A program made the position numbers and the translations under genes. 64,000 bases of DNA from PVC group bacterium (GTDB lineage Bacteria > Omnitrophota > Gorgyraeia > B26-G9), in the NCBI GenBank assembly GCA_024231215.1, contig JAAEQR010000072.1, forward strand, positions 193,210 to 257,209, given 5' to 3'. Below are positions 52,001 through 61,000 of this stretch, one piece after another. Positions within the stretch are counted from its first letter, which is position 1. Every line of letters starts with the position of its first letter. The notes beneath the pieces were generated by a model that had not been told where the DNA came from, searched no databases, and saw only the letters and a list, made by a program, of their open reading frames with translations.

Positions 52001-55000
52001 ATTTAAAGGTTATACCAGGGGAATGGTGTTGAATTTGGTTATTGTTACGGCAGTTGAAGTTATTGGAGCCGTGGCGTTTACATTGCTTACTGGTGGATTT
52101 GGAGCCGGAGTATCAGGGGGAATCTTAGCTGGAAAATGGGGGATCCGGATAAATCGGGCTGCAAAAATGGCTTTGCTTTTCGGAGGTATGATGGCAGCTA
52201 CTCGTGTTTCAGTTCACAATGTGAGGAAATTTTTAAAAGAAGGTTCTGCGGCATTTTCTGATTATTCTATGCTTGAAGATTTCCTTGCTCCGGCAGCGCA
52301 GGGATATCAGAGTGGGAAATGGGTAGGCTATTTCATGGGCGGTGTTGGAGGTATGACGGTAAAAAGTTTAAAGGGAATGCTCTATCTTGGTAAGAAAGAA
52401 TTAGCTAATAAAACTGCTTTGAAGATTTTTGGTCGGACAATAATAAAAGAAGGCATACTTAAACATAGTCAGCAAGTTTTTATTGGATATTTTACAGCGG
52501 GAACAATTGCTCATGCTACCTATGATGTAATTAAACAAGGGTGGAGAGACGGTAAGACCTGGGGAGCAATTAATTGGAAGGATGTGGCTATTGATGCGGT
52601 AACTTTTGGCGGTGAATCTGCATTTTTAGGGACATTAGGCAGAACTATGAGTACTGGATCTGGGATAATGCATAGTAAGATGATGAATAAACCTGCAATA
52701 GAGAAAATTACTAGATCAGATATTATTGGAAAGACTTATACTGAAGGCAAAGTTTTGAAAAATTTCTTTTATACAACTTTCCCAGGGGCCAAGACTTTTG
52801 GAGCTAATTTGTTAGCAGGTGATTCCATAAAGTCCCGGGCGGCACGATATTTATTAGCTGAGCGCATGTTTAGTACTGCTAATGTATTACTTGATTTTAA
52901 TATCTTTGGGAAAATGGTTGTTTCTCCGTCAATGGATATTTGGCGTGGAAGCGGTGGAGAAAAGGTTGAAGATAAGTTTGCTTATAAGATGTTGGCTGGA
53001 TTTGGAGAAGGCGAAGCCGGAGATAGCTGGATGCAGGGCATGCAATTTGGCGGCAGTTTAGCATTTTTTAGTAAGGGAAGTGAATTCATTGAAGCTGGCT
53101 GGTCTAATATGACTAAGAAGGTTTCAATGGGTAAAACACTTAGTCGTCTTAAAATGAGGTCTTACGATAAGTTGCCGGGAACATTTAGACAGCTTACTTC
53201 TGGAACTATAAAAGAAGCGTTTATTGAAGGTCCGATTGCGCATATGCTTGTAAATAGCGGTATAGTTCATCCATATCTCGCGGAAATGTTGGTGGAATTT
53301 ATTCCCGGGGATGGTGGAGCTGATGCAGCTCTTTTTGCGAAGCATGCTGGGGTTTCTACGATGGAAGCAGTTGATATGCATGCTGTTTTGGAAATGGGTA
53401 AAAATACAAGAATAAATCAGATAGTAACGAATAAAGATAGATTACAGGAACTTGCGACAGAATCGAATATTGACGCAGAAAAATTAGGTAAGATGAGTGC
53501 TTTTGATTGGATGACTTCAATGAATACATCTACAGAAAATTCTTCTACTACGTATACAATGTCTGGAGCTTTTGAAACTATTTCCAAAGGGAGCATTACT
53601 ACAGTATCTGACGTGGTGAATTTACACGGAGATAATTCGCATGGATTTATGAAGGATTGCGGGTTTAAAATGGTTTCAATGGCTCATGGTGGCATAGTTG
53701 TAAAAGATATGATTAAGAGTGGTAGTACAAAAGACGGTAATCTGATAGAAGATACAATTATGAGTTTTACTACTGATGATGTTGCGTATATAACTGGAAA
53801 AAGTATTATGGAACTTGGATTGGATAAAGATACTTATTCCGGTAAAACATTAACTCAAGCTGTTGAGCAATTGAACAGTACTGGAGAAGGCAGAATTAGC
53901 CAAAATGAGTTTCTTGAGCTGATAGGGATGAATAATGTTACATTAAGCAGCATTGCAAAATTGCCGGGTTTTCAGGGAATGAAGAAGTCTGAAGTAGCCA
54001 AGGAACTTGGCTTTGAAAAATATAATCCGCATATTCTTTTTTCTAACGATTCATTCCTAGATTTTATGGTAAAAACGGAAATTCTTCCGGTTTATAAATC
54101 AATGGAGAATATGAGTGATTCATATAGGCATATGGCATTGCAGGAACTGGGATTGCTTACTGTCGAGGGAACAACAATTTTCGAACAGCTTGATCAGATG
54201 AAACAGATTCAACAGAAATTGGAAGCAGCGGGTACAACTATTGATAACGCTAGTTTAGAACAAGTTGCTCGCGCGGCAGATAAAAATAATGATCTTGTTA
54301 AGATGTTTGAGGGCAATACAGAATACCAGTATAACAGAGTTAATGCGGCTAGGATTGAAATTGCTAAAGATGCGCAGGGGGAAATAATTACGGATAATGC
54401 TACTAAGCAAGCTAAGATAAGGATGCAAGTTGGTAAAGAATCCCAGGTGCTTAGTTTGACTGATTTTAATAAACAGATTATGGAATTCAGCCGTATTCCG
54501 TATGCAACAATAGACATCGGTGATGGCAAGTCACGGCGTAAGATAGATATTTCTAAGATGAATCCGGAAGTTTTGATTAAGAATCAAAATGGGAACCACC
54601 AGCTGGTAATAACCCTGATGGATACTTCGGTATCAGATCTTGCGAATTTAGGAGTGCAAGGCAGTTCTGAAATCAGAGTTGATAGTAATAATAACGCGGA
54701 AGTCTTTCTAACTACAACTAATGGACGTTATTATAAAACCGGAAAAGTTCTTTTGCAGGATCATCTGGTGCAAGCAGGTATAGTTGATAATGCGCAGGCT
54801 GCGGATCAATTACTGCAAGATCTATTTAATGAAGGAAATGGATTTGTTGATAGAAACGGGGTTATCAATATTAACAAACTTGAAGCAGTAGAAAAAGCTT
54901 ATAATGCAACCATAGAAAAGACAGATAGTGTTGAGATTAAAGAGCAACAACAGCAGTTAGTTAACTTTTTACAGCAGAGTATGGGAAAAACAACCACATT

Positions 55001-58000
55001 TATTTTAGGTAATGATGGGAACTATACTGTAGGACAAAAAGCTGAAATACTAAGTGTGTTATTACAGACTGCGGATCAGGGAATAATGCAGGTAAGGTTT
55101 GATCTGGAGGCATCTGGGCTTGAAAACTTAACAGCCAATGATATTAAAGAGGCTCAAAACGTAGAAGCAAAGATAAATAATGAGATCCAAGGCATGTTTG
55201 GTTACCGCAGAGTAGTGCTTGAGAAAGGAACTCTTAACAAGATTGTGGGTACTGATAGGGCCTTACTAGAAAATCTAGTCAAGTCCGGATATGTTTCTGT
55301 AAGAGAAATAAAAAATGTAAAAACTTATGCGATTACACGTAAATTTGTTGATTTAAAGAATTCAGATGGTATGGAAATATCAGGAGTATCTGCAGAGCAG
55401 AAGAATCTAGTATTTAATACATTACGTAATGAATTTGATAGTCATAGTCAGGATAAATCTTCATATACTCCGCTTATTCAGGAAGGGGTAAATCAGGTAG
55501 ATGCTGTATTAAATCTGATTATTAATCCGAATACATTATTCAGGATCCCGACTGGAACCGGAAAAACATATTATATCTTTACAGCAGCAGCTTCGATTAA
55601 TAAAGCATTAGGTCGAAAGACTGTATACGTGGTGCATGATTTGAATCAGTTTTCTATACAGGCAGATGATGAATCCCGTGCAAATTGGTTTGAATATAAC
55701 GGAATGAAATGGGCAACGATATCCAACGGCCAGAATAATCTTGTCGGTGATCATCACTTTGAACTCAATGCTTTGGAAGCAAATAAAAATGGAGAAGCAC
55801 AGCGATTGCAGGAAAACAGTGATGTGATAATCATGTCTGCGGATGTACTTTCCTTCTTTGAAAATGCTTTGGGTAAAGAAAAAGGTTCTGAAACTACGCA
55901 TATGCAGAAAACATGGGATACGATTTTTGGGAATAATACCATGTTGTTATTTGATGAAGCAGATACGATTTTCTTTAAACAGAGAGCCCAGTCAGGAGAA
56001 GGCGCTAAATCGCTTACTATAGAGAATAAGTTAATTCAAAGAGGTGTGCATTATGAATTTATAGGTAATACATTAGGTTTATGGGGGAAAATCAACAAAA
56101 GTGATTTTAGTGAAACTGAATTGAATCAGATGCATGATGAAGGATATATTAATAAGGATACGGGAAATATTCAGTATGGTTTTGTGCATTTGGTGAGAAC
56201 TAGTGATAAATCAGCAGATAGCAGAAAAACTTTATCTGGGGCTTTGGAAACAAAATTAAGTGATATTGTTAACAAACAAGATTCTCAGGGGCAAACCTTG
56301 TTGACTAAACCTGGAGAACAAATGGACCATCTAAGGTCAATGCTAACGGCTACCTATACTGTGTATAATTGGGAGGGGACAAAAATTGTTCCCCAGAAAA
56401 AAGCCTCTTATATAGAGTACAAACAGGACAAACAGAAGGCTGAAAAAGAAGGAAATCAGGTTGTTGTTACTGGATTTATGTTTAATCAAGAGCTTGTCGA
56501 TCAGTATAAAGGCTGGGTGGAAAAACAATTACCCGGAGATGTAAAGATTGATGATATAGAAAATCCAACTAATATTTCCGAAGAGAATAAGCATAAAGTG
56601 CGTGAATACCGTCGTTCTTTAAAGGCTGTGGCTAAGGTAATATTGCAAGTAGATGGTATTGATGTTGGATATGATCCTGATTCTGGATTAATTCGTCCAG
56701 CTCCGGGTGGTGTTGTTACTCCGGAACTTCAGCTTCAGGATCCTTATTTTGCGGGGCATACACAGTTATTATTTGCCGAAATGAGAGATGTCGAGCAGTC
56801 AGCTATAACTAAGCGTTATGAAAAGGAACTTAAAGCTCAACAGCAAAAAGATGTTAAAGCAGATGCGGAAGACCTGAAATATGCGGATAATTTATATAAA
56901 GTGACAGTATCTGACTGGTCTCGTGTAACTACTATAGATAAGAGTATACGCCGGGCGATGGCTTCCGGCGCTAATATTTGCGGGTTTACCGGTACTTATG
57001 ATGCGGTAACAGACATGGCTTTTCAGCTTTATGGCTTACGTCATAAGTATATGGGGAATAAGTTCCAGTATATCACTTCTATCAGCTGTGATGATCTGGT
57101 GAAAAACGGCGTAGAGGAATCCGCTGCTGATGCTGTATTTAACGACCTTTTTCAGCAGGGATATATTAATAAAGACGGTGTTGTTAGAATAGAGAAATTC
57201 TATGAACTAAATAATGCTTCTGAGTTACAGTTATCTACTCAGGATACGTTTTTACAGAACGCTGTGTTTAATACTTTGAACAATGCTCAGGAAGGCAGAA
57301 TAAATCATGTTTATGAAGCTGATAACTCAGCAAATGCTTTAGAGCATGTATTTAATGATATTGCGGCTAAGGTAATTAAGAACGGTTATATTATGAATGG
57401 TATGCAAACGTTCAATGAAGGTGAAATCAGTAAGAATGTTGTTAATAATTTTGAATCGCTGTTTGCAAATAATCTGAAGAATTTTGTAATTAATAAAGAG
57501 ACTGGAGCAGCGGAGCTAACTGTTGTGGTTAAAGATCAGAAAACAGAATGGGATGTGTATAGAATCCACTATGACCATCAGATAGGAAAAATAGATGTCG
57601 AACATGTGAAGACTCAGGATAAACAAGGTCTCGAAACAACAAAACATAAAACTGGTAAGATTCAGAAATATATGGAAAATCATCAGAATGTATTTTTCTA
57701 TCTTAACCCTTCGGCGAGTAGAGCTACTGATATTGAATCGGTGCATAGTTGGTTAAGCGAGCAGCAAGCAAAATCTATGGAAGCAGATGATTTAAAATCA
57801 GCGGTCAGGAGTAATCTAAAAAACTATGCTCTCTGTGATCGGGAATCCACCAGATGGATGTTTGAACAGTTGGCTGGCCGTGACCGCGGGGCACGAAATA
57901 ATAGCGGCCAACGCGATAACTTTGTTACGATAAACGGACAGAAAATATATCATGACCTTGATGTTTATGTGGTTGACCCGGCGGCACAGTCAGGTGTTAA

Positions 58001-61000
58001 TGATTTTGCCGAAAGCCATGAAGCAGCAATCAGCAAATTTAGATCAATGCTGGGCAATGCCGATATTATTGCGAAACAGAAGTCATTGTACAAGAACATG
58101 TCTGACTTGATGTATTCTAAGGTAGCGGAATATGTGGAAGATTTAAAGGATACGATTTATCGGGAGGTTAAGGAAAAACAGAATAAGGCTGCTAGCAAGA
58201 GACAGGAAAAAAAGATTGGCTGGCTGGCAAATACAGAACAGCAAGTAGCGATATTAGAATCTTATTTAGGTGAATACCAAAATACTATTGGCGTCGACGA
58301 TAAATTTGGCGTTCCTGAAACAGCAGCTACTCCTCAGGAGGCTTTACAGAATGTTGTAGATAGCTTTAGAATGTTTTTAAAGGAGAAAGTTGTTGTTGAT
58401 GAGAAATTTGGTTTCTTATCGAAAAATATACAGGCTTCTTTGATCAGTGAGTCGAAAGCGACTAATTCGATTCAGTTGAAACGAGAGATTAAAAATCACA
58501 CCGGTGGGATCTCTTTTGGTATGACTTTATCAGATACAGTAGATCTTATTTCCGAAAATATTACTGAGCATGATCTTCCGATAAGAATTACTGAAGCTGG
58601 ATCTGATCAAAATATGGTTTTTGTCGGAAAACAATGGAGTGATTTAGAGACTGGTGAGTTGTCTAATATGACTTCTAAACAAAGAGGTATGGTAAAGAAA
58701 AAACTGATAAATTCCGGGCATATGAGTGTTGATGGAATAGTGAGCAGTAGCGGAGTGGGAACTGCTACGCATTCAGCTAATATTTTTAAACGTTTAGGCC
58801 AAGGTATGGTGCTTAAGATTATCAGTAATCTATTCAAAGGCGCAACTGGCGGAGGGGATGATGAAAAGGCTTTTGCATTGGTTGATATCCTAACCAGTAA
58901 TAATATATTATCTTTAGGCCGTAATAATTTTGAAGGAGTATTTAATCAGCTACAGTCTGCGGCAGAATTAATAGAGAAAGGGGTTGTTTTAAAAGATGTA
59001 ATTTCTGAGCAGGATATTATACGTAGTTTAACTTCAACTAAGCCGCACGCATTTTTTGAATTATTAGCTCAAAATATGACAAGCACAGCAATAGGAAAAG
59101 ACTGTTCGGGTATAGCTAATAAATATATCAAAGGAGATCGCAATTTTTCTAATATTGAAGTATCGGCGCAAAGATTATTAGATAGAATTTCTTTGTATAA
59201 AGATGGGCAGATAGATGCAATTACATTTATGCCAATGCATATAGGGAAACGATTTCTCTTTGAACAGACAAAAGATGATAAGTCAATTGACCTTGAAAAA
59301 TCATTGTCTAACTTTGTTGTTTCTACAATAGGTTCTGTAGCACTTATTGTTGCTTTGACGGCAGGTAATTTACTGCGCTCTACTTTTGGGGAAATAACGG
59401 GTGGGTTGCTAGGCATGGCTGTTTTTCCATTGTATATAATTGTTTCTGCCGGAATAACTGCTGCTTCTATCCCTGTTCAGAAAATTTTCAGGGATCAAGC
59501 TGGTAAGTCTGCCCTAACAAAGTTAAAAAATGCAGAAAAAGGAATGGCAGCGACTTTTGATAGTTATGTTGCTGCTGTAAGAAAACTTGGATGTAGCTCT
59601 GAAATCAAAAATAGCATGTTAAGTCTGGTAAAACCGGGGCTTAAACTGGATACAATAAGCAGGGCAGAAAGAATCAGAGACAATCTTCTTAATGTTAAAG
59701 GGCTTTCCCCGAAAGCTAAAGGGATTATTGATAAACTTACATTTAAAGAATTGGTGGATTTTAATAGTATATCGCAAGATAAACAAAAGGTGATTGTCAA
59801 TGCTTTGGCTGAAAATAAGGATAAGGTAGAAGAATTAAATAAGGCTATAACAGATGTCTCTTCACAAAAATTTTCACAGGATCGTTTGGGACTTGTGGAT
59901 GTAGTTATGGATAATTTATCTGATATTAAGATTAAGGTTGATGATAAAACACAGCGGGTAGCTTCCACAAAAGAGAAACTGGATCTGGTCAATTGGCTAG
60001 GCGGAACCAATTATAGTGACGTTGATTACTTTGGTTATGTATTACAAAAAGGCGAGATTGATACAAAACAAGCAGAAACAAAGGTGCGAGAGGCAGTAGA
60101 TCAGCTCATGGAAGTGGTGAGTAAGGAAACTTCTACTGAAAAGGAAGAAATAGATAAAGTCCAAGCAAGATTCTATTTGGCGGACGCTTATTCCAATAAA
60201 GATTTGATTGAAGTAATGAGTGTTGTTAATCAGGAAGAAAGTTTTGCTAAAGCCGGAGAACAGTTAAAGTCAGCAGTTACAGAATCCAGGCAGATTATAG
60301 ATGAGAAAACATCAAAAAGGCTAACTGCTAAAGCATATTTAAAATTAATTAGTCTATATGCTAAAGAAGATGCGTTAAAAGGGAATAAGCAAGAAGAAAG
60401 TGTTCAGATCAGACAAATCAAGGATATCTGTGCAGAGATGGAGCAGTTAGCAGATAAAGGTGGACTTAATCGTGATTCTGTTATTGATGCACATATGGTT
60501 TTAGCTCAGGTATATGCTGACCGGGGCTGGACAAGTGAGGCAGAAGCAGAGTATAACAAAATAATTAATAGTGATGCAAACGTAGAGACAAAGATAAAAG
60601 CACTTGGCCGACAGGTGATCATTCTTGCTAGACAGAATAAGTTTGATGTAAATGGCGAAAATCATGTAGAAAAAACAGTTAATAAACTTGAAGAACTAGT
60701 AGCTAGCTCAAAAACAGACACAAAGGGTGATCAGTTTATGCAGATGTTTTCTGCGGCAAAGAAGGCGGCAGTTGATATTATAAAAGCTTTTGCTAAAGGA
60801 GAAAATGATTTTTCTAAATTCCAGGATGAGTATGGATTTATTAAAGTTTCTCTGGCTGAGATCATTGGTGCGGAAACAGTATTTAATGAGATCAAATCAA
60901 GTGTTGATAAATACAAAAATGGAAACGATGCAAATAGTGTTCCGGATGTGATCAAAGCAGTATTAGCAGATAAATTTATAGAAAAAATTAACCCGGAACA

